Assembly: GCF_038025025.1 (NCBI RefSeq) | Contig: NW_027117350.1 | Location: 186,001 to 250,000, forward strand | Length of the DNA: 64,000 nucleotides | DNA from: Phyllosticta citribraziliensis | Taxonomy: Eukaryota | Direction of reading: 5' to 3' | Shown: piece by piece, positions 15,352 to 27,966 of the stretch | Numbering within the stretch: position 1 is the stretch's first letter | How the letters are laid out: each line of letters starts with the position of its first letter | The notes under the pieces: model-generated | Database searches by the model: none | The model's input: only the letters and a program-made list of their open reading frames with translations | What the model was told of the DNA's origin: nothing | Program-made: the position numbers and the translations under genes

Positions 15352-16676
15352 ACACCCCAGCATGATCAAGTCCATGGCTATCCCGTCTGCGACGCCCGCA
15401 ACCGGTGCCGACTGCACGTAGGCTTCGAACATTTTGTGTTGAAATGTCCTGCGGGTTCTGCGTCCAAGACGACGGTGGTAGGCCTCGATTTTACGGCAAA
15501 AATCACGGCGTCGGAGTGATGGTGTTCAGGCATAGATAGGCGGTCTGCTTTGTTCTTTGCTTTTTCTCTTTCTTTTTTTCAAAGTCCTACTCACGTGAGT
15601 GGGTGTCCCTTTTCACAAGATCGGGCGGCCGTCATGGGGAAAAAGATGGGTGGTGTTTACTACTACCAGCGGGCAGCATCAAACGGTCCTGGATCGGACG
15701 GAATCACCTTTTCACTTTTCACTTTTCGTTTTTCCTTTCCCATCCCCTTGAGTCTTAATTACTACAAGGTGGACGTGTCGGAGAAATCATGAGCCCAGTT
15801 TCGGTCTCGGTGCACACAAAATCATACAACTACAACACAACACACATGCCCCCCCAAAAAAATCATTTCTGCGATGAGGCGGGAAGCTTGTTTTGTTATC
15901 GGAGAGAATGATGGCTAGACGGCGGTTGACGCTACAGTATGGGCTTGCATTATTTCCTTGACGCTTTTTTGTTTTCGTTGTTGCTCTTTTCCTTGCCTGG
16001 CTCTGCTACTACCACGACCACACCACCATCACCATACGCACATGAACTTTGTTACGGCAAACACACGGACCTCTGGGAATAGAATCGAACCGACATTTTG
16101 CTGCTGAAGTGCCTCTTGTTTTCGGTGTGCGCGCGCTTTGCTTCGTTTCGCGGGTTTGACGATAATTGCGTCTGTCCGATCGCCCTGGACATCTGTGCTA
16201 CATGTCCCTCTTCCCCGTTAGTCTATTCGTCCCTTCGCCTCGCCTTCCGCATCATCAAGCTGTCGCTCACTACATCTACTGCCTCACCACTTGCCAGTCT
16301 TCCCAGGGCAGTTTGTCTGCTAGTCTGCCAAACCACTGCTTGCTCCCTCTCCCACTTCCACCACCACTTCTTCTGTGCAACCTTCCTTCGCCAGGTCTAC
16401 GGTATCCCATGTGTCTTGCACACTACACACGGTCCGCTCGCCCATCCACCTGGGGCATTCTTCCGATTTCAAGCAGCCGGCCGGGTACGACGGCTTCTCG
16501 AATCGATGAGTCGGAGAGCTTTAATGTGGCTAACGGCAGACGGAAAGGACATGGAGGAAACGGTGCATCCGATGTTCGTGGAGCCGGGGAGATGGTGAGT
16601 GCATCGGTCCTGCCGATTCGTTGCGGTCAGGGAGCAGTATTCGACCTCTCTGGGACAGACGTATGAGCAGGAACGG

Positions 16677-16810
16677 ATGAATGCTCCGAGAGCATAGCTG
16701 CAGCAATGGATTGAATGATCGGTGAATGAATGCTCCTCGAGCGCAACCGTAGCAGTGAATGGACGCTCCCTAAGCGCGCTCACAGTGCCAGAAGACCTTA
16801 GTTCTTGCGG
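16677..16810 (+). mobile_element. Degenerate relic of the CACAGTG MITE family
   Basis: Internal units ATGAATGCTCC...GAGCGC...GTAGCAGTGAATGGACGCTCCCT and an eroded right subterminal region; TIRs not recognisable. Confidence 0.65.
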
Positions 16811-16929
16811 AATTTGCAAACCCAGCAAATGCAAGCAAGGTTTCTGTTTCATCAACACGCTCGCAGGGGGTATCAAATCTACCTATCCTCCAGCATCCTG
16901 AGTACCCTATTCAGCTCCCACCCAGACAG

Positions 16930-18994
16930 TCAGCTCCCCTGCTGCATCCGCCTGATGCGCTCCTCGGCAGCCCTCGCCCGGCGCTCCCTCTCCAGCCTCT
17001 GCCGCATCTCCGGCGTCAAGCCCCGCGCCTCGTCCTCCCTCCTCTCGCCTGCCGTCTTCTCCAACCCGGCAGCGCCCAGCCCCAGCGTCTTGCCCTTTCC
17101 AACCCTCTTCTCCCGCTGCTCCTGTGCCCGCTCGTCCTCTTCCTTCCGCAGCCGCTCGACCTCGTTCTTCCTGCGTTCCGACTCCTTGGCCGCCTCGGAT
17201 GCCTTGTCCGCGCTCTGTTGCTTTTCCACATCAGCGCGCGAGATCCCTGCGGGAACGTTGGCCTTGTCCCAATCGAAGGCTGCGTCTCCAAGCTCATGGC
17301 GCGCGATGCGGAAAGCATCTCGGGTGGCCCGGTCGCCGGCAAGATCAAATGCTGTCTTGCCGTCGAGGTTCGTGAGGGTCGGGTCTGACTTAGTTTTGGA
17401 GAGGAGGGCGAGGACGACGGCTGGACTGTTGAGGTGCGCGGCGAGGTGCAGTGGAGTTGGCGCGTGATAATTCTTTTCGCCGTCCTTTGGATAGAAACGA
17501 AAGTCTGGAGGCAGGTTGTTACTTTGAATGTATGAGACGACGCCAGGCGCTTTCGAGCGTCGGATGAGCGCTTGGAGCTGTGAGGTGTGGAGTGTTGCTT
17601 CTTCTTCCTCGGGCGAGGGTTTCGGTTTGGCTGGTTTGGCGGGTGCCGGTGTCCGCGATGGTGCTTCTGTAGGCTTTTGGGCTGCTTCGGCGGCGGCAGC
17701 CAGGGCCGCAGCGTCAATTCGGCTGACCTTTACGCGAGTGAGCTCGATGAAAGAGCGCATGAGCTCGGCCTGCGTGGCTCGGCGCGTGCTGAATGGAAAT
17801 CCCCGGATGCGCGGGTCGTTGTGTCGAAGCACCTGGCCATCGTACGGTCCGTAAAGCGTGCGCCGATTCGTCGAGCCAGTTGCCCGGATGAACAGCAGCT
17901 CGGAAGTATCAATCATGTCCTTCCATTCCGCAAGCAGAGCTCGCACCTCGGACGTAAGCGCAGCCTCGTTGTATCTTCTCAGAGAAGAACCAGCGGAATG
18001 TGCGTTGCCCTTGGACTGGTCGTTTGCTGATTGCGAACCACCCTGCTTCCGCCTGGTTGTATACCTGTGGAAAGTCTTGTGTGCCACCACCGAAGCTTGC
18101 CTTTCATCCACCCCTGTGTGCTTCTTTCCAACCTTGGGCCTGAGCGAAACAATCATTGCCGCAAAATGACCACCACCAATCATGCACAGAAAGTAGTGCG
18201 GTCCAATTTCCGGGGCAGATGGAAGCCTGACACCGCCCTCGTCCTCCTCATCCGCCGCCTTCTTTGCATTCTTTTCAGGTGGAGGCAGCTGCTTCTGCTT
18301 GAGCGCATCGACTATGCCTCCCTCGTTGTCTTGCTCTGCATCCGAAAGAATGGCCCGGTAGACTCCCAGATTGATTTCCTCCGGCAACACGGTACTGTTG
18401 AACCACAGCATCGGTGCCTTTCCGCCGCCTCTCCTCTTTCTCCTCCTCCCAACTTCCTCGGCCTCCTCTGGCCCCGCGATCTTGGCTTGCTTCTTGAGGA
18501 GTGCGCTCAGTGTGGTATCTCCTTTCTTGCCTTCGCCATCAACCTCGTCATCAGATTCTGACTCGGACGATTCTGAACCGCTGATACTCTCGTCCAGCTC
18601 CCCAACTAGCTTTTCAAACTCGACCTCTGTTACGGGTTTCACGCCGCGCATCTTTTGCTTGAGGTTGTAGCTATGCAGGTCTGACCGAACGTGGTCGCGC
18701 TGCTCTTGCAGGGTCGGGAACGTGAGGTTGCAGAGGCCGCATGATGTCGCTGTCGCCGGAGCGCTGTCTTGCTTCTCGGCGTCGGTAGATGACGGCGTTT
18801 GCGCTCCGGAGTCTGGTTCAGCGTCGGCGGGCTCGGGTGCACTGCTCTGCTGTCGTAGCGTGATCGTGTCGAGGAGTTCGCGGGGGAGATCAAAAACTGA
18901 TCCAGGTCAGCCGTCTCGATGTCGTGTTGCATGTCGTAGTTTGCTTACCGTAGAGCGGCTTTTGAAGTAGAGGATGCTCTTCCTTGTGCGCCAT
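16930..18994 (-). CDS. VMS1: Vms1/ANKZF1 ribosome quality-control factor (VLRF1 domain, C2H2 finger, ankyrin repeats)
   Basis: GGGHFAA, HKTFHRYTTRRKQGGSQS and SAGSSLRRYNE; VIM-like tail RERRARAAEERIRR; intron 18897-18948. Confidence 0.93.
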
Positions 18995-19655
18995 GACGAA
19001 GAATGTGGAAAGGAAAGGAGGAACACAGGTGGATTACTGGACTGCAAAGCGCTTAAAGAATTGTGCTGGAGCAAGGCGAGAGGTGAGATCGGTTGTGGCT
19101 GAGAGCTGTTGGGCAATATGTCAGAGTACGAAGTTCCGTCGCTCAGTGAGTCAAGCGCGGTCCGATAAGATTAGATCTGTAAACTGCAGATGAATTCTTT
19201 TAGAACTACACTGCAGCATTCAACCGATGATATATTGGCGGAATTGGCGGACAAACACTTCTTTTCATAGTTATACTCTCAAATATATGGCTGGCTTGGA
19301 AAGCCTTGTTTTCGAGCAGAATGAGACCAAGTGTCAACAGCCAACGTCGCTACAGTTGCAGTCCCGTCCATATGCTGGGAAGAGCATATCAGACTGCCGT
19401 CAGTCATGTTATCCTAGTCATTCCAGCAGTAAAGTCATGAATGCACTCGAGTTGAGTCAAAGGAGCCGCGGCAAAACGAGCGTTGAAGTTGAAGTGCAGA
19501 TAGACCTCAGCACGAGCCACCAAACGGGCTCGACCATTCCCAAAACAGTCTAACGCGGATGGTAATGCTCTATTTCATCACGACTCGCAGCATCAAACCT
19601 CCCGCCTTCTCTCCAACCCGTCTTCACCACCCGAGGCCTCAAGCTTTCACACGCT

Positions 19656-20525
19656 ATGCTCAGAATGGCGCCCTCACACGTCGACATCCTCATTCTCGGC
19701 GCCGGCTGGACATCGACATTCCTCACGCCGCTGCTCCAGCAAAGAGGCATCACCTACGCCGCAACCACGACCACCGGCCGCGACGGCACGCTACTATTCC
19801 GCTTCGACCCGGACAGCGACGACGAGGCGCCGTACGCCGCGCTGCCGCGCGCGCGCACCGTGCTCATCACGTTTCCCCTGCTCGGCCGCGGCCAGTCATC
19901 ACATCTGGTCGACATGTACCGCAAAGCGCACAGCAGCAGTGACGACGGCGCGGCCAACTGGATCCAACTGGGCTCATCCGGCGCCTTCGCCTCCGACGCG
20001 CACTGGGTCACCTCGGCGACCCCCGTAGATGCCAGCATCGCGCGGGTCGTGGCGGAAGAGGAGCTCCTCGCCGCGCCGCTCAATGGCAGCGTGCTCAACC
20101 TGTGCGGGCTGTACGGCGGCGCGCGCGACCCGCGCGGCTGGATCAGTCGCGTGGCCCGTAGCAAGGAGCAGGTTGCGGGCAGAAAGGCGCTGCACGTTGT
20201 GCATGGCGACGACGTTGCGCGCGCCATTGTCGCCCTGCACGAGGCGTTTACGCCAGGTCGCCGCTGGCTGGTTACCGATTTGCATGTGTACGATTGGTGG
20301 GATCTCATGTACGCGTGGGGACCCGAGGCCGAGGCGAAGGCGAGGGAGAGGTTGGGTGCGGAGGAGGCGGCAGGGCTGGAGTATAGGAGGTGGGTGAGAG
20401 AGTTGATGGACGAGCAGGACGTGAGGGCTCTGCCGCGGGATACTAAGATGTTGGGCAGGGTGCTGGATGGGAGAGAGTTTTGGCGGCACTTTGGCCTGTG
20501 GCCGGAAAGGGGAAGAGTCGTTTGA
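19656..20525 (+). CDS. NAD(P)-binding Rossmann-fold protein (atypical SDR/epimerase-like)
   Basis: ILILGAGW nucleotide-binding start, LCGLYG and VHGDDVARAI motifs; intronless 289-aa ORF. Confidence 0.75.
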   Translation: MLRMAPSHVDILILGAGWTSTFLTPLLQQRGITYAATTTTGRDGTLLFRFDPDSDDEAPYAALPRARTVLITFPLLGRGQSSHLVDMYRKAHSSSDDGAANWIQLGSSGAFASDAHWVTSATPVDASIARVVAEEELLAAPLNGSVLNLCGLYGGARDPRGWISRVARSKEQVAGRKALHVVHGDDVARAIVALHEAFTPGRRWLVTDLHVYDWWDLMYAWGPEAEAKARERLGAEEAAGLEYRRWVRELMDEQDVRALPRDTKMLGRVLDGREFWRHFGLWPERGRVV

Positions 20526-21207
20526 CCTGCTGAAAAATCAACGTCACCTTGACACCCTTTCTGAGGACTGAACGCTAGCTTCAAACCCAATCAAGCTCTA
20601 TCTCAGATGTTCAACACCAGACGTAATACAAGCGACTACCAACCCAGACACGCACCTCAAATACCCGCATGTAGCTTTGTGCACAGTAAATATCTACATT
20701 TGTGTCTGTTCTTTTCTCTTTACTCTTCCCAGCACAATATACGCCGGGACATGTACAGTACATGCAAGGAGCAGCCGTATCACCCAAGCGCGCCCCATCC
20801 GCATCCAGTATGATGAAACCCAAGCGCATGCAATCTTGAGATGCTGTAGAATCTGAACAACGGCCGTCCATTCCATCCAGGCCAATAAAGGTGCGCCGAA
20901 ACCAAAAAACAAGGAGAAAAACAACATGACCCAGGGCAAATGTGAAGAGGAGGAAATTCGCCAATCCGTCCGCCATCCGCCACGCAATGCATGCAAGCTA
21001 AAGAAGGAGAAGATGCTGGGAGCCGTGATGCGCAATGAGGAAGCGAAAGGAGGAAAGAAAAAAGGTGTTCAGCGATGTCGAAAGATCGATGCGCTGACAC
21101 CAAAGAGTATTAGATACAAGTACGAACGAAAGTAAAGCTCCATACTGATCGTAAATGCGGCACTCAGGGCGAGCCATGAATGTTCTTGAAATGGCGACTC
21201 ATCATGT

Positions 21208-24200
21208 TCAGACTTTGCTGGACTTCACCTCACCTGTACTGGCAGTGCTACTGCTCTCTCCATTCATTGCAGACGCGTCTCCCAGGCTCAACCGCGCGAC
21301 CTCTTCCACGACACCAGCACTGTTGCTATCGCCGACCGGGACGTCGAGACTGTTGCGCAGGCCAACGGATTCGGTTCCCGTGGTGCCCGGGCCAACGGAC
21401 TTTGATGGTGAGCTATGTGTGCTGTCGTCATTCTTGGCCGGTACACGCGGAGGCGAGTCTGTCGGGTCCGCTTCCGGAGCGTGAGTCTCGCCTTTTGAAG
21501 GTTTCGAAGGCTCCCAGTCCTCAGCCGGGACACTGGTGGGCCCCAAGCCGCGATGATACTCTACAGGCCGAGGAAAGCGGGGAGAGGCCAGCGGCGACGA
21601 GGAGGCGGATGAGTCCTCGTACGAGTAGTTGAGACCCAAAGCTTCAGCTTGAGCAAGGGCAGCAGGGGTAGGAGGTAGCTTCTTGTTGAGGTCGATGCTG
21701 CCTGAGCTTGATTTGGGAGCGTGAGCGGAAGGCTTAGCAGCATCTCCTGCTGTTCCACTCGCGCTGTTTTTTCCTTTGGGAGCTGGGGCGAGGAAGCGCT
21801 GGAGGGACCAACGGTTGTTGGTTCCCTCGTTACCCGAGCTCAGCGAGTCGTCTTCGTCCGTATCGTCCTCTGTGCCCTCAAAGTACGAGTCGTCCCATAC
21901 AGTGCTCACTTCACGCCTGATCCGTTGCTGGGCCTCCGCTTGAGTTTCTGTCCGTGGAGGAGAGCCATTAGCACTGCTGGTGCCGCTTCCTGTTCCACTG
22001 TCACTGCCCGTCCGCACAGGCAGTGGACGCAGAGGTGCAAGTTCGTCTGCCGCCTCGCGCAGCTCTGTGGGGCTGACAGCTGGTTGATCCTTGGAACTCT
22101 GGTCCTTGACCTCCTCGCCTTTGGCGGTGACGCCTGGTTTGACTCCTTGAGCACGGTCTCGGTTCGACTCACGCTCGTCTCGCGTGTGCGCCGTGTACGT
22201 ATCCGCAAAGTGAGTATCGCACAAGTGCTTGACGACCGGCCATCCATACGCGTTGGCAAACATGCGCCGCACGATAATGTTGTTGTGGGCGTCGGGCTCG
22301 AGACGGACGAGAACTTTGCGCCAGGAGAGGTCTTTGTGATAGGAACGAGCGATTTTCTCTTCGACACGCATACTACTCGAGTCGACAGTCTCCGTTGTTG
22401 AGACGCTCTTAACGCTTTGATCGCTAGAGCCCGTCCGAGTAACTTTTGAGGGGCGGCGAATGGGAGGCGGAGGAATGTCTTCGGGGTGGTAAACTCGGTC
22501 ATGGAAAATGGTGCGTGCGCGGACTGAAGGATCGATGATCCATGAGACTGGGGGAATAGGCGGATTGAGTAGGTCGCCAGCAGATTCGAAGAACGAAGTC
22601 TTTGGCGGGTGGTCATGGTCGTCCACCATGGAGCTCTCCCGAGAATGATTAGTCTGTCCCAGGGAGTCGCTTGTGTCCGCTGGGGGTTCCTCGTTGGATG
22701 AAGCTTGCAAAGTTTGGCTTCTTTTGAACATCTTCTTGTCCTTTGGTGTTGTCGTCGCTCCCTTCAGATAATTAAAGAAGTCGGTGAGAAAGTTGACATT
22801 CGTCGGGCTTTTGGGCGACTTCTTCGCGCCTGTTGCGGCTTGGACCGCTTGCCTTTGCGAGTCGGATAGGAATTGAGTCACCTGTGGTTCGCTGGATGTC
22901 TGGGCCGTTGTATCTTCATTGACAGCGTTCTCGCCTGGCTGTGGTACGGTATGTTCGGTGCTTCCCGATAGAGGTGTACTAGTGCCACTGTTCCCATTGT
23001 TGTCTTCGCCTTCGGGTAGGGCAAGTTTGGATGGCATAGGGGATGAGTTTTGTCCGGTCAACTCGGCATAGCCCCAATTGGCTAGTGTGCCTACAAGACC
23101 GTTTTCTCGTCTTGCCTTTTCCACCTTCCCAAGTCCTTTCCAGTCCAGGAATAAGAGGCAGCTTGTCCGCAACGGCACAATTCCGTCGTTGACAACGTTG
23201 CCATACACGGTTCGGTTCCTGAACATTCTCAACACTTGGTGCGCAGGACCTGATGGTAGTATTCGCAGAAGCGGCTTCGTCCGGGGATCCTGTGGCTTTT
23301 TCTGTTCCTTTTGACTTGCACCTCCCAAACCATTGACCATGGCTGCCCACCCACCTCTTGCAAGGGTCGGCGCTCTCCACGTCAAACCAAGGTCTTGCCC
23401 GGTCCGTCCAATCAGACCAAAGTCCAGAGCAAACTTGACATACATTGGATTTTCGTTGCTGAGTCCAAGAAGAGGCGAAGCCATGGTGATGAAATTGACG
23501 GGCTTGATTTTGGAGAAGAATTCTGGAGAGTGCTTGTGGATGTACGCGATCGCATATGTCTGAATCAAACCGCCCAGCGAATGGCCGATGAAACTTATGC
23601 TCGTGTATCGGTAAGCTTTCTTCTTGATTGCCGCATCGGGCTGGTAATGCACGCTGCTGCCAGCATGCACGGGGATTCCGTCGGTGACGGGGGATTTGTC
23701 CTTTTTCTGGATTGAATCGCTCATGGCCTTCTTAAGGCCCTTTTTGACAGGAAAGTAGGGCGGTTCCGGGTGCGCTAGTCCGAGCACGTACTTTGCTAAT
23801 CGCTTTCCTAGGAACTGGATCCCACGTTCGGTCCGGACCGCATTTCCAGGATAGCCTCTTACAACCACCTCTTCATCATCCGAGTCATCGTCCTCGATTT
23901 CGCCCTCATCAATATCAGCTTGGCCACCGGAGAGTGGGGCGGTCGAGTAATCTCCCGCTTCCCCGTTATCAGATTGTGTGGTGTTGGTGTTGGTGGTGGT
24001 TTCAGATGATGCCGCCTTTGAGGCCGCCTTTCTTGCAGCTCTCCTCTCCTTTCTTCTTTCTTCCCGCGCTTGAGCTGCGGCTGCATCGATGCTTTCCTTG
24101 AGGTAGAGCATATCAGCACCCAAGTTGCTGTGCAAACCATGGGTCAGAATGACTAGGTGCAACTTCTTTTGCTTCTTGGTCTTGGCCCTTTTCGGGACTT

Positions 24201-24951
24201 CAGCCTCGTTTTCGCCAGCATCGCCTTCATCCTCCTCCCACTCGGGCAGTGCCGGTTTGTTCCACAGTGCCTCGGTGTCTTCCACCACCAGCTTGACAGA
24301 CTTGGAGTAGACGCCCTTGTGCTGCGCACGATGCCGGCCCTCGTGTCCATTCTTGCCTTGCTGATGATCCTCGACCTGTCCAGGAGCCGACTGCCCCTGC
24401 GCTGCCGCGGCGGCAAATCCATACTCTAGACTCCGCTCATCCCTGCCGACGAGAACCTCGAAGTGTACGCACGCCGAATTCGAAAAGAGGATTTGGCTGT
24501 GAACCTCGATAATCCAGGTGACGATCTCAGGCTGGCCATCGGAATTGGGGCTGACGCTAGCCTTGCCACCGGACTCTCTTATATCCTCTGGTATCAACAG
24601 CTGGGTCGTCCAGGAGCCTCCGGCTTTCAGGAACGGCTCAAAGTCTGGTATTCCCTCCTTCTTCGGGTTCTCGACCTTTCGGTTCGGGTTGAAGGTGGAA
24701 GGATACGCGGCGACATGAAGGGTATAAGGGCCATGGAGATAGGCGGCGCGGAGAGGAATGGCAGAGGTGTTTTTGATTTTCAGGTGGAGGTGAGACGGCG
24801 AAGGGAGGATGCGGTCAGCCGAGGGGGTGTAGGTGAGGGTGTAGCTGGGCCCAACAAGTCAGTCTCGTGAGGTGGGCAGGCGGAAAAGGGTGGCAGCATA
24901 CCGGACAACCTCTCCGACCTTTACACTGCCGGCTTGGTGCACGAGCAGCAT
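21208..24951 (-). CDS. DUF676 serine esterase/lipase, Rog1-like
   Basis: MLLVHQAGSVKVGEVVR|YT start (intron 24845-24901), HLVILTHGLHSN, nucleophile elbow GHSLGG, NDGIVPLRTS, DAHNNIIVRR. Confidence 0.87.
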
Positions 24952-25424
24952 CTTGCGGGCGGAGCGCTCCGCGGCGGGCGAATCGTTCCACGCCGGAGTC
25001 CAGTCTAAAAAGGGCGAGACTGGATGGGTGGTGCCGCGGTCGGGGATCTGGGAGAGTCTGTAGGTTCGGGGTGGGAGGAGCATTCACGCGCGACCTTTTT
25101 GGACGGCGATGATGGGCGGAGGAGCGGCGCTGGGGGCGGAGGGCGCGCGTGGCGGTCATCTACCGCGACGCATGGATGGATCTGTGGACGACGAATAAGG
25201 CAACAATCCTCAGGTGCCGATAGGCCCGGACGTCAACGGCAGCATTTCTCGTAAAACGGTGGAGCAGACGGCGGTGATGCGAGAGCGGGCAGCAGTACTC
25301 GGGTTCCGCTCTGGCTGGGGTGAGGCTTGCAATGCCCTGAAGCTTTGCTCGACGTCCAGGTCCATGTCGCCCTGGGGGCCCCCGGCCGTCACGCGCGTCG
25401 CCGCCATTGCGTCACTGGCCGGAC

Positions 25425-25585
25425 CCTAGGGAGAGAGTAACCATGGGATTTGTAAATCAGCGCCCCTATACACATTCCGGAATGGTTGAATGCTCCCTGT
25501 ACGAGTGCTCTGGCCCAAAGTACATGTACTCAACCAGCTCCGGTACGAAATGCTCTCCCAGAATTACTGGAAACGCCATTCTAAG
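25425..25585 (+). mobile_element. Highly degenerate relic resembling the CACAGTG MITE interior
   Basis: TGAATGCTCCC core plus weak similarity to both subterminal regions; no TIR or target duplication. Confidence 0.3.
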
Positions 25586-25673
25586 CTTGTCCTCAACCTC
25601 TAAACTCTCGTCCGTGTTTCGGTCTACTCTGTCCACTCCTTCTCGCCTTTCGCAACATGGGAAACACAGCTGC

Positions 25674-27149
25674 CTAACTCCCAAGCCTCTGCAATTCCAC
25701 AACGTGCTCCTTGACCTTGCGCACCTCGGCCCACCCCTGCTTCTCTACCCGCACAATCTTGCCGTCGACACAGAAGCGCCGCCATCTTTCAGCCTCTTCC
25801 GCGCCGTCCAAGTCTATGCGAAATCCCTCGACATCCTCGTACCCTACCTCTGTTTCTTGCACGTGCTTGCCGCCTTGGTACGCCAGACCCATGATTTGCA
25901 TGATCCTGTCACTGGCTATTGGCCCGAAATGGACCAGCCTTAGGGTCCCATCCAGTGGTCGCGAAGCTGGCGAGATGTTGAACTTCTTTTCCAGGTTGGA
26001 GACCATGGTTCCCAGCACGTACGCGTGCTCATCCCTGTCAATCTGCTGCCAGCTCCCGTCGGCCCTCATGAATTTGACTTCTGCCTTGTACCGATGCGCC
26101 TCGGTCCCATCCGCTGGGAACAGGGCCTCTTTGGCCGCCATTTGGAACCTCTCGACGCCGTATTGGCGATATTCTGTCGTGTCGCTATCCGCGACCAGGC
26201 TGGCATGCATCGCCCAACTGCACACCACTGCTCCATACATGACCGGGGTGCCTCCACCGTTCTTGTCAGGCAGCTTCTCTTCGCTGTTGCCTTCGTCTAC
26301 GAGCAGCCTGGCGCCGGGTGAGAATAGAACCCTGAATAGCGGTAGCTTGGACGCTGTTCCGCGCGCAAGAGCTGCCAATCCGAGCGTCTTGTCCCTCGCA
26401 ATCCCGGAAGAGTGCGCCAACGCATTGCCAGTGCCCATTGGTATGAGTGAGACAGACGGAGCCACGAACAACTCGGTCCTCTGATTGATGCGTAGTCCAT
26501 TGATAATGTCTACGATCCCACCATCGCCCGAGAGCAGTATTATCCATTGGGGCAAGCCTTGATTTGCGCGAGGGAGAAAGATGTCGTTCGTGAGCTCGGA
26601 GATGGTCTTTGCAGAAGTCGTTCGATGGACGTCAAAGTGTTGGTCTTCGCGGAGATCTAGGCTGTCCAAGAGCGGCTTCAAACTGCTCTTGTAGAAGTCC
26701 TCTGCCAGGCCCATCCCAGACAGCACCGAAATGATGATGTGGATTCTTGCGAGACCGTCCCCGTTGCTCCGACTGCCGGGCTGGACAAGGTTGCCATGTT
26801 GGACGGTATACTCGGAGACAAAGGCATCTGGCAGATTCTCCGCTACGGCCGACCTGAAGAGTGGCACGCTCTGGTCTGTCTTTGCTTCTGGTGACTCGTT
26901 GGCGTCGTCGACGTAGAGAAGCTTGTGGCCAGCAGTCTCGCGCAGCTTAACACAGCCTATGACGCTATCCCCGTCGATTTCTAGGTTTCGTTTGCTGTCG
27001 TTGAGCTGACAATGGAGGGCCGTCTTATCGCCGTTCCGGGTGAATTTGAAATCGGCAATCTCGCCGTTGAACTTGGAGGGCCGGGGCTCAAGGGATGGCG
27101 AGTGAGACTGAGAGCCGCCCATGGCTTGTTTTTCGAAAACAAGCGTCAT
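25674..27149 (-). CDS. Diacylglycerol/sphingoid-base kinase family protein (DAGKc domain)
   Basis: ILLSGDGGIVDIING, IPMGTGNALA and CVDG motifs. Confidence 0.85.
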   Translation of the reverse strand: MTLVFEKQAMGGSQSHSPSLEPRPSKFNGEIADFKFTRNGDKTALHCQLNDSKRNLEIDGDSVIGCVKLRETAGHKLLYVDDANESPEAKTDQSVPLFRSAVAENLPDAFVSEYTVQHGNLVQPGSRSNGDGLARIHIIISVLSGMGLAEDFYKSSLKPLLDSLDLREDQHFDVHRTTSAKTISELTNDIFLPRANQGLPQWIILLSGDGGIVDIINGLRINQRTELFVAPSVSLIPMGTGNALAHSSGIARDKTLGLAALARGTASKLPLFRVLFSPGARLLVDEGNSEEKLPDKNGGGTPVMYGAVVCSWAMHASLVADSDTTEYRQYGVERFQMAAKEALFPADGTEAHRYKAEVKFMRADGSWQQIDRDEHAYVLGTMVSNLEKKFNISPASRPLDGTLRLVHFGPIASDRIMQIMGLAYQGGKHVQETEVGYEDVEGFRIDLDGAEEAERWRRFCVDGKIVRVEKQGWAEVRKVKEHVVELQRLGS

Positions 27150-27966
27150 GTCGACGGGAGCGTATCATGGTAATGGAGCGGAGGCGGTGGGGTTGTTGAT
27201 AATATAAGACAAGGAGTGGCAGAGGGGCAAGCACCATTGCGCCTGAACTGACGTGCCCGTGCCAGGGCTGAGGGCTGAGAGGTCCGGGTGCAGGGCATCT
27301 GACAGGAAGTCGTGGCCGCTGTCAATCAACTCCACGGCGGTGCCGGCCGCGTCCTCCAGACTTTGTTCCAGTGTCATATGCGCCGCCTGGTGAGCATTCA
27401 ACAGCCACCAGCCTCACGCATCTCTGGCCCTCTGGCCAAGAACCCATGGCCTGGCCCTCATGACCCCGGAATGCGCGCTAGCTGCCCGCGTCTTGCCCTT
27501 TGCCTCGGCTTCCGTTCTCGACGAACTGCGCTGTCTTCGAATCCACACATTTACATTGCAACTGCCCGTGTTGCTGCTCGACGATAAGCTTTCAAATCAG
27601 AGACCCTGCTCCGTTCCCGAGTCCTGCCGTCTCCACCCTCTGGCCGCCGGCGGGTTCGGAGGTGGCCGAGGCGGCGCGAGCGAACAAAGCCCCATTCCGC
27701 CAATGAGGCCCAGTTGGGCCGCCCCGGACCGCCTACGTGAACCGCAGTTTGACGGCTGTGTGACAGGGGCTGTTGGTGCCAGATAACCTTCAGCCTGTAC
27801 ATATAAGCCGCATTCACTTCTCGTACATTGGTCTTTGGATTCGGAATTCTGCGTCTTCCGTTTCGTCGTTGGTCCTAACGTCCTGCGTCAGTTTCTGTCC
27901 TTTGGTTGGTCCACAGTCCCCTTGCTTTCCGTCATGGGAGATTGCTCTGTTGGTCTTGTTCAAGAG

